From: Gemmatimonadota bacterium
GTDB taxonomy: Bacteria; Gemmatimonadota; Gemmatimonadetes; Gemmatimonadales; Gemmatimonadaceae
Direction of reading: 5' to 3'
NCBI GenBank assembly: GCA_040389905.1
Contig: JAZJZK010000008.1
Location: forward strand, 1-64,000
Length of the DNA: 64,000 bases
Made by a program: the position numbers and the translations under genes
Shown here: in pieces, positions 19,623 to 29,023 of the stretch
Position numbering within the stretch: position 1 is the first letter of the stretch
Layout of the letters: every line of letters begins with the position of its first letter
Notes under the pieces: model-generated
What the model was told of the DNA's origin: nothing
Databases searched by the model: none
What the model saw: only the letters and a program-made list of their open reading frames with translations

Positions 19623-20495
19623 CTAGAGCGGCTCGCCATCGAACCACGCACACCCGCGCACGAAATAGGCATGTGTCGCCGCCGTGTCCCCACGCGACAG
19701 CGCGTCACGAAGTACGTGCAGCTGCCGTTCCACGGCATCCATCGCATGCACGAGGGCGACCCCGTTGTCTTCGACGATCGACGTCCACATCGATGCCGCG
19801 CCGCCTGAAAGCCGCGTCATGTCGCGCCCACCCGGACCGAGCGCCGAGCGTTGGATGTGCGCGTCGCGGAGCGCGAGCGAGAGCGCGGTCGAAAGGACAT
19901 GCGGAAGATGACTTCGCCACGCCATCTGCTCGTCGTGGACCGACGCGTCGATGACTTCCACGCCGGCGCGCAGGCCGCGCCAGAAGCCTTCGGCGAGTCG
20001 AAGCGCGTCTGGCGTCGTCACCTCGGTGGGGCACAGAAACACGCGCGCGTCGTCGAACAAGGTGGCGCGTGAAGCGCGCCAACCCGAGCGGTGACTGCCC
20101 GTGAGCGGATGCGCGCCGACGTATCGCTCACCAAGGCCGGACGCGTGCGCGGAGGTCACGATGCTCCGCTTGGTGCTCGCCACATCCATGACCAACCGCG
20201 CGCCGCGCAGCTTCGCGGCAACGCGGGGGAGTGTGGCAAGCGTCGCATCGACGGGCAGCGCGAACACCACCACGTCCGCACGCTCCACGCCGTCGAGGAG
20301 CGCGCCCAGTCGCTCGTGCACGATGCCTTCACCCTCCGCCGCATCGAGCGAATCCGGCGCGCTGTCGTAACCGAGCACGTACACGTCTCGCGCCGCCAGC
20401 GCGCGCGCGAGGGACCCACCCATGAGACCCAACCCGATGACCGCGACGCGCTGAATCGGCGTTGGGTCCGTGGTAAATCGATCGACTGCGGTCAC
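19623..20495 (-). CDS. tyrA: Prephenate/arogenate dehydrogenase
   Basis: GLGLMGGS, DVASTK, HPLTGS, SHLPH, RDMTR motifs. Confidence 0.92.
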   Translation of the reverse strand: MTAVDRFTTDPTPIQRVAVIGLGLMGGSLARALAARDVYVLGYDSAPDSLDAAEGEGIVHERLGALLDGVERADVVVFALPVDATLATLPRVAAKLRGARLVMDVASTKRSIVTSAHASGLGERYVGAHPLTGSHRSGWRASRATLFDDARVFLCPTEVTTPDALRLAEGFWRGLRAGVEVIDASVHDEQMAWRSHLPHVLSTALSLALRDAHIQRSALGPGGRDMTRLSGGAASMWTSIVEDNGVALVHAMDAVERQLHVLRDALSRGDTAATHAYFVRGCAWFDGEPL

Positions 20496-20782
20496 GGTGC
20501 GTCTTCCTGGGCGCGGCGCGATAATCCAACGACCTGCCAGAACAACTCGCGAACCGACTCGACGGGCAAGTCGTGTTCGCGTGCTGTCGTGACGGCACGA
20601 CGAATCACCTCGGCCTCGCGCTGCGGATCGAGGATCGGCAACCCTGCCGCGCGCTTGATTTCTGCCGTTTCACGGCCAAGCGCTACGCGATCCGCCAGCA
20701 GCGCAATGATCCGCCGGTCGATTTCCTCGATTTTCGCACGACGCTCGGCGAGGTCGAGAAGATGCCTTCCGTCGTCCGTCAT
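20492..20782 (-). CDS. Chorismate mutase (AroQ)
   Basis: RAKIEEIDRRIIALLADR...DPQREAEV; 4-nt overlaps with both neighbours. Confidence 0.92.
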   Translation of the reverse strand: MTDDGRHLLDLAERRAKIEEIDRRIIALLADRVALGRETAEIKRAAGLPILDPQREAEVIRRAVTTAREHDLPVESVRELFWQVVGLSRRAQEDAP

Positions 20783-21837
20783 GCGACAGCGACCGCACTG
20801 AGGGGAGCTTCTGGTTGCGGTGTAAAAGAGCGCTCCGCGGCCGCGGCGAACGCGGGTACCCGCTTCATCAGCGAGGCGAATGCGGCGAAGTCGAGCGACT
20901 GGTCGCCATCGGACAGCGCCGTCTCCGGGTCTGGATGCACCTCGATGATCAACCCATCGGCGCCCGCCGCAATCGCAGCGAACGCCAACGGGGCGACGAG
21001 TTTTGCGTCACCGCCCGCATGGCTCGGATCGACGATGACCGGCAAGTGGGTCTCGCGCTGCAACACGGGAATCGCGGAGACATCGAGCGTATTGCGCGTC
21101 GCGCGCTCGAAGGTCCGAATGCCCCGCTCGCACAACACCACCTGGTGGTTGCCGTGCGCCATGATGTACTCGGCGGCCATCAACAGTTCCGTGATCGTGC
21201 CCGACAGGCCGCGCTTGAGCAGAATGGGACGTTGCACGCGTCCGAGCTCGGCCAGGAGTGCGTAGTTCTGCATGTTGCGCGCACCAACCTGCAGCATGTC
21301 GGCATGCTCGGCCACGAGGTCCACATCTCGCGTGTCGAGCACTTCAGTGACGACGGGAAGTCCCTGTTCCTTGCGTACGCCGACGAGGAGTTGGAGCGCT
21401 TCCTTGCCGAGCCCCTGGAAGGAATAGGGTGACGACCGTGGCTTGAAGGCGCCACCGCGAAGAATCGTGGCGCCGGCGGAACGCACGGCGGCGGCCGTCT
21501 CGTGCAGCATGGCGCGATTCTCGACGGAACAGGGGCCGGCGATGATCGTGAGCTCGTGCCCTCCGATGACGGCGTTGTTGCCCACGCGCACGACCGTGCG
21601 ATTCACCGCGAACTCTCTGGACGCGAGCTTGTATGGCTTGAGCACGGGAAGCACGGACTCGACGCCGGGAATGGAACGGAGCGGGAGTTCCATGAGCTTG
21701 GCCTCGTCACCAATACAGCCGACAATGGTGCGGTGCTCGCCGCGCGAGAGGTGCGTGTGCAGTCCGGCCGCCTCGATGCGCTCGCGCAAGTGATCGAGCT
21801 CGTCGTTGGTGATGTCGGGGCGTGTGATGATGATCAT
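20779..21837 (-). CDS. aroF: DAHP synthase type I-beta with N-terminal regulatory domain
   Basis: [36 protein letters not shown]; start MIIITRPD lies downstream of the attenuator. Confidence 0.95.
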   Translation of the reverse strand: MIIITRPDITNDELDHLRERIEAAGLHTHLSRGEHRTIVGCIGDEAKLMELPLRSIPGVESVLPVLKPYKLASREFAVNRTVVRVGNNAVIGGHELTIIAGPCSVENRAMLHETAAAVRSAGATILRGGAFKPRSSPYSFQGLGKEALQLLVGVRKEQGLPVVTEVLDTRDVDLVAEHADMLQVGARNMQNYALLAELGRVQRPILLKRGLSGTITELLMAAEYIMAHGNHQVVLCERGIRTFERATRNTLDVSAIPVLQRETHLPVIVDPSHAGGDAKLVAPLAFAAIAAGADGLIIEVHPDPETALSDGDQSLDFAAFASLMKRVPAFAAAAERSFTPQPEAPLSAVAVA

Positions 21838-21872
21838 GGCTCTTCTCTGGAGTGTGGGCGGGCTTCGACGTG

Positions 21873-21906
21873 AAAAAAAAAGCGGCCCGTGGAGTTCCAC
21901 GGGCCG
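21873..21906 (-). terminator. Attenuator terminator upstream of aroF
   Basis: CGGCCCGTGG-AACT-CCACGGGCCG followed by C and T9 on the minus strand. Confidence 0.9.
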
Positions 21907-21938
21907 GCGGGGTTTCGTAGCGGGAGCGTTTGCTCCGG

Positions 21939-22028
21939 TCAGTCGCGCGTACGTCTCCATCCACGGCCCGTCGAGGGGTAGCCGTAGCTAAATGAAAAGA
22001 AGACGTAATAGTTGGCGCTGGCGATCAT
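21939..22028 (-). CDS. Tyr/Phe-rich leader peptide MIASANYYVFFSFSYGYPSTGRGWRRTRD (29 aa)
   Basis: 4 Tyr and 3 Phe in codons 7-17; contains ACGGGCCG, complementary to the terminator 5' arm. Confidence 0.88.
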   Translation of the reverse strand: MIASANYYVFFSFSYGYPSTGRGWRRTRD

Positions 22029-22033
22029 GCCGT

Positions 22034-22062
22034 ATGATGAGGCACTGTCGCTCGTTCGTCAA
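22034..22062 (-). promoter_or_regulatory. sigma70-like promoter giving a leaderless leader transcript
   Basis: TTGACG-17nt-CATCAT-5nt-ATG. Confidence 0.65.
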
Positions 22063-22110
22063 GGACAAATTGATCTGACGTGCTACGCTGACTTGTCGCA
22101 TCTTTGACGA

Positions 22111-23283
22111 ATGCGAATTGCGAATCTGCTCGCCTTCGGAGTCGTCACGTTTTCTGCACTCGCGCCGACAGCAGCGGCGCAGGCGCGTGTCCGCGCACGC
22201 GAGCTCGGCGTCGCGCCGGGAATCTTTGCGCCCGGTCCAAACAACGCCATCACGGATGTCGCTGGCGTGAAGGTCGGCCACGCCACCGTGATTCTCGGCG
22301 ACTCGGTTCACACGGGCGTCACTGCAATTCTTCCGCATGGCGGGAACCTGTTTCAGGATCGTGTGCCCGCCGCCGTGCACATTGGCAACGCCTTCGGCAA
22401 GCTGGTTGGGGCGACGCAGGTCCAGGAGCTCGGCGAGCTGGAGACGCCGATACTGCTCACCTGTACCCTCTGTGTCTGGCGCGCCGCCGACGCACTCGTC
22501 GGCGAGTTGCTCGCGCAGCCGGGCATGGAAAGAGTTGGGTCGATCAATCCCGTCATTGGCGAGACCAATGACGGAACGCTCAACGCGATTCGGTCGCGAC
22601 CCATCTCGTCCGAGGCGGTTCATACGGCCTTAGCGACGGCGTCGAGCGGACCGGTCGCCGAGGGCAGTGTCGGTGCCGGCGCCGGAACCATCGCCTTCGA
22701 GTGGAAAGGCGGCATCGGCACGTCATCCCGTCGTATACCGCGAACGCTGGGTGGATGGACGGTCGGTGTCCTCGTACAGACCAACTTCGGCGGCGTTCTT
22801 CAGGTGCTCGGCGCTCCTGTGGGGCGCGAGCTCGGCAAGTACGCCTTCAAGAACGCCGTCGAGCGCGAACGAGGTGATGGTTCCATCATGATGGTGGTTG
22901 CGACGGACGCCCCGATCTCGGACCGAAATCTCCAACGACTCGCGGCGCGTGCGATCATGGGGTTGGCGCGCACCGGTTCGAGCGCTTCGAACGGATCGGG
23001 CGATTTCGTGATTGCCTTCTCCACCGCGCAGGCTGTTCGGCGCACTCCCGCCAACGTCGTGCGATCGCCGGCGGACAGTGCCACGCGACTGCTCGCGACA
23101 CAGGAGCTCTCCAACGACGACATGTCCGCGCTGTTCGAAGGTGTCGTCGAAGCGACAGAGGAAGCGATCTACAACTCACTCTTCATGGCCACGACAGTGA
23201 CGAGTCGAGGACGCACCGTGGAGGCCATTCCACTCGATCGCGTCCGCGAGATTCTCGCCCGGTACAATGCCGGCAAGCGCTGA
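22111..23283 (+). CDS. DmpA-like (S58/P1) aminopeptidase, secreted
   Basis: NAITDVAGVKVGH, GNAFGKLVG, GDG/SI autoprocessing site, NGSGD. Confidence 0.93.
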   Translation: MRIANLLAFGVVTFSALAPTAAAQARVRARELGVAPGIFAPGPNNAITDVAGVKVGHATVILGDSVHTGVTAILPHGGNLFQDRVPAAVHIGNAFGKLVGATQVQELGELETPILLTCTLCVWRAADALVGELLAQPGMERVGSINPVIGETNDGTLNAIRSRPISSEAVHTALATASSGPVAEGSVGAGAGTIAFEWKGGIGTSSRRIPRTLGGWTVGVLVQTNFGGVLQVLGAPVGRELGKYAFKNAVERERGDGSIMMVVATDAPISDRNLQRLAARAIMGLARTGSSASNGSGDFVIAFSTAQAVRRTPANVVRSPADSATRLLATQELSNDDMSALFEGVVEATEEAIYNSLFMATTVTSRGRTVEAIPLDRVREILARYNAGKR

Positions 23284-24106
23284 GGCGTCGCCGTTTACGA
23301 TGACACAGCCGGGCGAAAAGCTCGGAGAGTACGTGCGCGGCATCTGGACATTGGAACTTCCCGCCTCGATCACCGGTCAATCCGAGGATCCCATCGTTCC
23401 AGACGGTTGTCCCGAGTTGATCTTCAATCTCGGTGATCCGATCCACCGCGCGCACAGTTCGGGTTACGACGTGCACATACGTCCGCAGCTCGCCGGACAA
23501 CTCACGCGGGCCATCACGCTCCGACCGCAGGGGCGCGTCTCGATCGTCGGCGTTCGGCTGCATCCGTGGGCGATGCATGCGCTGCTCGGCGTCGGCCCGC
23601 GAGAAACGCGCGAGCGAATCGTGCCGGCCGATTTGGCGATCGGTACATCATTGACCGCGGCCCTCGATGCGATCGATCCGGCGACAGATCCAGGCACCTT
23701 CGCGCGCGCGCTCACGTGCGCGCTCACGCGACATGTCGCAAACAGGCCAGCCCCTGAACCAGCCGCGACGACGGTGTACCGCGCCCTTCGCCATTCCGTC
23801 GGCGGAGATCCGGACGCCACCGTGCGATCGGTCGCGCGGACGCTGGGCCGCAGCGAACGCCAGCTCCAGCGCGTGTTTGAAGAAAGCGTGGGGATCTCGC
23901 CGAAAATGTATCTCCGACTGAACCGGATTCAGCGCACGCTGCGCTTTGCTGAACGCCATCCAGAGCAGAGCTGGTCGGCCATCGCGGCATCGTGTCACTT
24001 CTACGACCACTCGCATCTTGTACGAGACATGCAGCGTTTTGCGGGTTGCTCTCCGACCGAATTCGATGCACGGGCGGGCGTTTTTACCCGCTCGCTTGTT
24101 GGCTAG
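23267..24106 (+). CDS. AraC-family transcriptional regulator
   Basis: PDGCPEL N-terminal domain; SERQLQRVF...GISPK; FYDHSHLVRD. Confidence 0.9.
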   Translation: MPASAEASPFTMTQPGEKLGEYVRGIWTLELPASITGQSEDPIVPDGCPELIFNLGDPIHRAHSSGYDVHIRPQLAGQLTRAITLRPQGRVSIVGVRLHPWAMHALLGVGPRETRERIVPADLAIGTSLTAALDAIDPATDPGTFARALTCALTRHVANRPAPEPAATTVYRALRHSVGGDPDATVRSVARTLGRSERQLQRVFEESVGISPKMYLRLNRIQRTLRFAERHPEQSWSAIAASCHFYDHSHLVRDMQRFAGCSPTEFDARAGVFTRSLVG

Positions 24107-24275
24107 TGAACTGTTTCACAACTACTGATAGCAGCAGCGTTGTCACCCCGAGCGTAGTCGAGGGGTCTGCACGTTCCGCCTGTGTACGAGGTGCAGACCC
24201 GCTCGACTCGCTGTGCTCGCTCGGGGTGACAACCGGGCAACACCTGCTATCAACAGTCGAGAAACGCTCCACTAG
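24103..24275. mobile_element. MITE-like element with CTAG ends, enclosing a family B inverted pair (24141-24231)
   Basis: 32-bp imperfect TIR CTAGTGAACTGTTTCACAACTACTGATAGCAG / CTGCTATCAACAGTCGAGAAACGCTCCACTAG. Confidence 0.7.
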
Positions 24276-24304
24276 GAACCGAAGAACCCCATACCTCCTC
24301 GACG

Positions 24305-26632
24305 ATGAATTCCCGCAGATGTCTCCTACTGGCCAGCCTGCTGATTTCGACAGGCGCGTCCGCACAATCGCCACGGGTGCCGACGCCCGCGTCCGTGATC
24401 GGCTTCGAACCCGGTGCCGACCGAAAACTCCCCGAGTGGCAGCAGGTCGTCGCGTACTTCAAGGCGCTCGATGCGGCGTCGCCGCGCGTGCAGACGCGCG
24501 TCCTGGGTAAGACGACCCTCGGCCGTCCCTTCGTCGCGGTATTCATCGGCGACTCATCGACATTGGCGAATCTGCCCCGCGTCAAGGAGAGCCAACGAAA
24601 GCTGGCGGATCCGCGTCAGGCGACGGCGCAGGAACGCGCGGCGCTCGAGCGCGACGGCAAGGTCGTCGTCCTGGTGACGTCGAGCATTCACTCGACGGAG
24701 GTCGGCGGCATTCTCACGCCGATGCCGCTCGCCTACCGGCTGGCGACGAGTGAGGATGAAGAGGCGCGCGAGATCCGCCGGAACACCGTCGTGATTCTCG
24801 TTCCATCACTCAATCCCGACGGCGTCGACATCGTCGGTAATTGGTACAAGAGCTCACTCGGCACGGCGTGGGAAGGGACCGGACCTCCGGTGCTCTATCA
24901 CTATTACACGGGACACGACAACAATCGCGACTGGTACGCCTTCTCGCAGGTCGAGACGCAAATGGTCATCGACTCGCTCTACAGCCAGTGGCACCCGCAG
25001 ATCGTGAACGACATCCATCAGCAGGGCTCGAATGGAACGCGCATCTTCATTCCACCCTATATGGATCCGATCGAGCCGAACATCGATCCCATCCTCATGG
25101 CCGGCGTTGCGCAGATGGGAAAGTCGATGACATGGCGGCTCACGTCGCAGGGATTGGTCGGTGTCGCGAACAACACGTCGTACGATGCGTGGACGCCGGC
25201 TCGCGCTTATCAGCATTATCACGGCGCGATCCGCATTCTCACCGAGACGGCAAGTGCATCGCTCGCCTCGCCGATCACCGTGGCCTTCGAGTCGCTGCGC
25301 CCCGGGTACAACGTCGATCCGAAGGTTGCCGGCGTCGATTTTCTCACAACATGGAAGGGCGGTGCGTGGGGAATCGGTGACATCGTGAAGTACCAGGTCG
25401 CTGCTTCGTGGGCGCTGCTCGCACAGGCGGCCGACGATCGCGCGCTCTGGTTGTCGAGCTATTCCGCGGTGCAGCGCCACGCGATCCAGGGCAAGGAAGC
25501 GCCCGGCCGTTCGGACTGGCCGGCCACGATTGTGATTCCCTCGCAACCGACCCGCGACACCGCGGTCAATTTCGCGCTTCGCATTCTGCAGCGTGGCCAA
25601 GTGGAAATTCGGCGCGCCCGTGTGTCATTCACGGCGAACGGTCAGACCTTCGCGGCGGGGAGCTATCTCATCAACACGGCGCAGCCGTACGGCGCGTTCG
25701 CCAAAACACTGCTCGAGCGCCAGCACTATCCGGACCTGCACGAGTATCCCGGCGGCCCGCCGAAGCGCCCGTACGACGTCGTCGCGCACACGCTGCCGCT
25801 GCTCATGGGGTTCGATGTGGCCTTCGTTCCCGACGCCGTGACCGTGGATGCGACGCCGCTCGCACCCGTCGCACAGACGCCATGGATCGCCAGCGGCCTG
25901 ACGAACAACCGGGGCCGCCGCATCGCGATCTTCCAGAATTACTCCCCCTCGATGGACGAAGGGTGGACGCGCTGGGTGTTCGACCAGTACAAGATTCCCT
26001 TCACCGTCATCACGTCGAGAGACATCAAGGCGGGTAACCTGTCATCGAAGTTCGATGTCGTGCTGCTCCCGGATCAACAGGCGAACGCAATCGCGCGTGG
26101 GCCGAACGGTGCGGCGCCCGATTCACTCAAGGGCGGCGTCGGTGAGGCGGGCGCTGCGGCGCTGGCGTCGTTCGTCGAAGCAGGCGGAACACTCGTCGCG
26201 TTCAATGAAGCGAGCAACTACGCAATCGAGTCGCTCAAACTGCCGGTGACGAATGTGCTGGCAGGCATCCGGTCGAACGACTTCTATGCGCCCGGGTCCC
26301 TGCTAAAAGTGGAGATTGACCGTGGCAGCCCGCTCGCGGCGGGCTACGCAGCGCCGGCACCCGCCGTATGGTTCGAGGGCTCGCCGGCATTCGACGTGAC
26401 GGATGCATCCGCCGCCTCTGTCGTCGCCAGATATCCGGCTGCCGGAACCGATCCGCTACTCTCAGGCTGGCTACTCGGCGCACCGAAGCTCGCGGGGAAA
26501 GCGGCGATGGTCGACGTCAAACGCGGGAAGGGACACGTGGTCTTGTTCGGTTTCCGCCCGCAATACCGCGCGCAAACCATGGCGACGTTGCCGCTGCTCT
26601 GGAATGCGTTGCGTGCTCCTATGGTGCCTTGA
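24305..26632 (+). CDS. M14-family zinc metallopeptidase, secreted
   Basis: HSTE, NPDG, DNNRD, DIHQ zinc/substrate motifs; C-terminal GATase-like domain. Confidence 0.92.
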   Translation: MNSRRCLLLASLLISTGASAQSPRVPTPASVIGFEPGADRKLPEWQQVVAYFKALDAASPRVQTRVLGKTTLGRPFVAVFIGDSSTLANLPRVKESQRKLADPRQATAQERAALERDGKVVVLVTSSIHSTEVGGILTPMPLAYRLATSEDEEAREIRRNTVVILVPSLNPDGVDIVGNWYKSSLGTAWEGTGPPVLYHYYTGHDNNRDWYAFSQVETQMVIDSLYSQWHPQIVNDIHQQGSNGTRIFIPPYMDPIEPNIDPILMAGVAQMGKSMTWRLTSQGLVGVANNTSYDAWTPARAYQHYHGAIRILTETASASLASPITVAFESLRPGYNVDPKVAGVDFLTTWKGGAWGIGDIVKYQVAASWALLAQAADDRALWLSSYSAVQRHAIQGKEAPGRSDWPATIVIPSQPTRDTAVNFALRILQRGQVEIRRARVSFTANGQTFAAGSYLINTAQPYGAFAKTLLERQHYPDLHEYPGGPPKRPYDVVAHTLPLLMGFDVAFVPDAVTVDATPLAPVAQTPWIASGLTNNRGRRIAIFQNYSPSMDEGWTRWVFDQYKIPFTVITSRDIKAGNLSSKFDVVLLPDQQANAIARGPNGAAPDSLKGGVGEAGAAALASFVEAGGTLVAFNEASNYAIESLKLPVTNVLAGIRSNDFYAPGSLLKVEIDRGSPLAAGYAAPAPAVWFEGSPAFDVTDASAASVVARYPAAGTDPLLSGWLLGAPKLAGKAAMVDVKRGKGHVVLFGFRPQYRAQTMATLPLLWNALRAPMVP

Positions 26633-26639
26633 GCGCGCT

Positions 26640-26818
26640 GGCACATTGAACCTCGCCGGCACATTGAACCTCGCCGGCACATTGAACCTCGCCGGCACAT
26701 TGAACGCGGATTGAGCGGATGGATGCGGATAAGGTCTGATTCAAGCAACTTGCACCCAAGAAATGCTTGATCAGACGTTATCCGCCTAAATTCGCTCAAT
26801 CCGCGTTCAATGTGCCGG
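26640..26818. repeat. Family C hairpin element preceded by tandem 18-mers
   Basis: (GGCACATTGAACCTCGCC)x3 plus a partial unit; perfect 26-bp inverted repeat at 26692-26717 and 26793-26818. Confidence 0.9.
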
Positions 26819-26825
26819 TGCACTC

Positions 26826-28229
26826 CTACTGCGCAGCGCGCAAAATGTCGTAGACGAACTTTACACCGGCGCCGACATTCACGACGGAAAGGCGCTCGTC
26901 ATTGCCATGCGTGCCGCGTTGCTCATCGACAGCCTCGACCTTGAACGGGTCGAGGCCGTATGCAATGATGCCCAGCTTTCGGTACGTCGGACGGTCCGTC
27001 GCGCCCGTCATCATCGAGCTCGTGACGAACGCACTCGGATCGCGCTCCCTGGCCACGCGCTCGATCGCGCGAAAGAGATCCGTGTTCGTCGGGCTTTCGA
27101 ATGGTGTCTTCGGCTTGAGCAGTGGCTCGAAATGCACCGCGGTGTCACCGACGATCTTCTTCAACACCGCGAGCACGGAATCCGCGTCCTGATCGGGAAG
27201 CAAACGAATATCGACCTCCGCCGACGCTTCCGCAGGAATGACGTTCGTCTTGTTCGATCCCTGCAACACCGTCAGCGAAATCGTGTTGCGGAGAATCGCA
27301 TTCCAATAGACGTCGCCGAGAATCCACTCACGCGCGCGCTTGTTCTCGAGTCCGCGTCGTACGTTGTCGAGCCAGCGCCGGCGTTCACCCGTGTAGTTCC
27401 CGCTGATGTCATGAAAGAACTTCTGCACCGCGGGGGTCACGTGGAGTGGCGTCTCGAATTTCGCGAGCCGGCCGAGCGCCGCGACGAGCCGCGGCACCGG
27501 GTTGGCCTTCGTCGGACGTGAGCCGTGCGACGGGGTGCCTCGCACCGTGAGCCGCTGCCAGAAGGTGCGCTTCTCCGCGACGCCCACGCTGTAGTACTCC
27601 AGCTTTCCATCACGGAAGACGTTCGCGCCACCTTCCGTGATGAGATACTCCACATCACGAATGAGGTCAGCGTGCCGATCGACGAACACGAGCGCGCCTG
27701 TGCTCCCCAACTCTTCGTCCGCGTTGGCGATGAACACGATATCGCGTGTCAACGGCACGCCGCTCCGCTTGAGCGCGACCATCGCCATCAAATGCGCGAT
27801 CCCGTGACTCTTCATGTCCAGCGCACCGCGACCGTAGATGAATCCGTCCTTGATCTCCCCTCCAAAAGGGGGCACCGTCCAGAATGCCGGCGTCACCGGC
27901 ACGACATCCATGTGGTGGACGAGCGCGATCGCCTTCTTCGATCCGTTGCCTTTCAGTCGCGCATAGAGATTCGCGCGCCCTTTTCCCAGCTCGGCGGTAT
28001 CGAGAATCTGTGCCTCGATGCCCTCCTTCTCGAGAAACGCCTTCAGGAATCTGGCTGTTTCGAGCTCGTTGCCCGGCGGGTTGGTCGTATTGATGCGAAG
28101 ATATTGGCGCATCACGTCCACCGTCTCGCCCTGCAACGCCGCCCAGTCGATGGGCCTCGCGGGCGTGCCCTGCGCGGCAAGCCCAATGGGAAGTAACAGC
28201 GCGACGAGTGTGCTTCGAATCAAACGCAT
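26826..28229 (-). CDS. M20/M25/M40 metallopeptidase, secreted
   Basis: HMDVVP, GRGALDMK, ADEE, HGNDER. Confidence 0.93.
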   Translation of the reverse strand: MRLIRSTLVALLLPIGLAAQGTPARPIDWAALQGETVDVMRQYLRINTTNPPGNELETARFLKAFLEKEGIEAQILDTAELGKGRANLYARLKGNGSKKAIALVHHMDVVPVTPAFWTVPPFGGEIKDGFIYGRGALDMKSHGIAHLMAMVALKRSGVPLTRDIVFIANADEELGSTGALVFVDRHADLIRDVEYLITEGGANVFRDGKLEYYSVGVAEKRTFWQRLTVRGTPSHGSRPTKANPVPRLVAALGRLAKFETPLHVTPAVQKFFHDISGNYTGERRRWLDNVRRGLENKRAREWILGDVYWNAILRNTISLTVLQGSNKTNVIPAEASAEVDIRLLPDQDADSVLAVLKKIVGDTAVHFEPLLKPKTPFESPTNTDLFRAIERVARERDPSAFVTSSMMTGATDRPTYRKLGIIAYGLDPFKVEAVDEQRGTHGNDERLSVVNVGAGVKFVYDILRAAQ

Positions 28230-28903
28230 AGGACTTCCGGTGCGGCTCGAGGATACTTCTTGGCCAGGACCCATCCTGCGGCCATGTCATAAAGGGCATG
28301 AACGAGCATCGCGGGGCCGAGCGCGCCTGTCGCATAGATCAGTGCCTGCGCGCCGAGTGCGAAGAGAAAGGTAACGAGCATGCCGCGCTTGCCCTGGGCG
28401 GCGTGTACGATGCCAAATGCGCCGGCGCAGATGATGGACGCGGGCAGCAGGCCGCCCGCGTACCACGCGAGCAGCGTCGTCCCGACGCCGCGGTACACGT
28501 ATTCCTCGACGACACCGGCAGTGCACGACGTCACGATCCAGATGATCCCCTCCTTCGTACCGTGCGGCGCAAGCTTTTCCGGCGTCAGGACCGCGTCACT
28601 GGGCGCGCGCGGTGCACGCCAGCGCGTCACGAGCCATCCCGCACAGACGGCCGCGAAGAGTAGTGTCCAGGGAAGCGCCGTCGCGACATTGCGAGGGCGA
28701 ATACCCAGTGCGAGGCCGTTCCCTCGGGCGGTCATATATGCCAGCAGGAAGATCATGGCCATCATGGCGAGCGTCCCCTGCTGTCGCTTGCCGGTTGGGG
28801 GAATCGCGACCGTCCCCTTACGCACGCGACGAACACCACGCACTGCGGCGTAAGGCAGGAACACAAACAGATAGGCGAGGAAGAACAGGTCAAGCGGCTG
28901 CAT
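28220..28903 (-). CDS. CPBP (CAAX/Abi) intramembrane metalloprotease
   Basis: EEYVYRG, FGIVH, HALYD motifs. Confidence 0.9.
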   Translation of the reverse strand: MQPLDLFFLAYLFVFLPYAAVRGVRRVRKGTVAIPPTGKRQQGTLAMMAMIFLLAYMTARGNGLALGIRPRNVATALPWTLLFAAVCAGWLVTRWRAPRAPSDAVLTPEKLAPHGTKEGIIWIVTSCTAGVVEEYVYRGVGTTLLAWYAGGLLPASIICAGAFGIVHAAQGKRGMLVTFLFALGAQALIYATGALGPAMLVHALYDMAAGWVLAKKYPRAAPEVLCV

Positions 28904-29023
28904 GGGTGGCCTGAGGTTGGCGACGGCCAAACATATTTCACGGGACCGGCCTCCGGCATCAGGAAACTTTCAGGGGTGACGGGCGTACGAGGGGACGATC
29001 CCCCACCTCAACAGGGTTGTCGT

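Noticed and set aside
21838..21960. 41-aa N-terminal extension of AroF in the ORF track
   Set aside because: It reads through the terminator hairpin and T-tract; family similarity begins at MIIITRPD
26640..26705. CRISPR-like direct repeats
   Set aside because: The 18-mers are head-to-tail with no unique spacers
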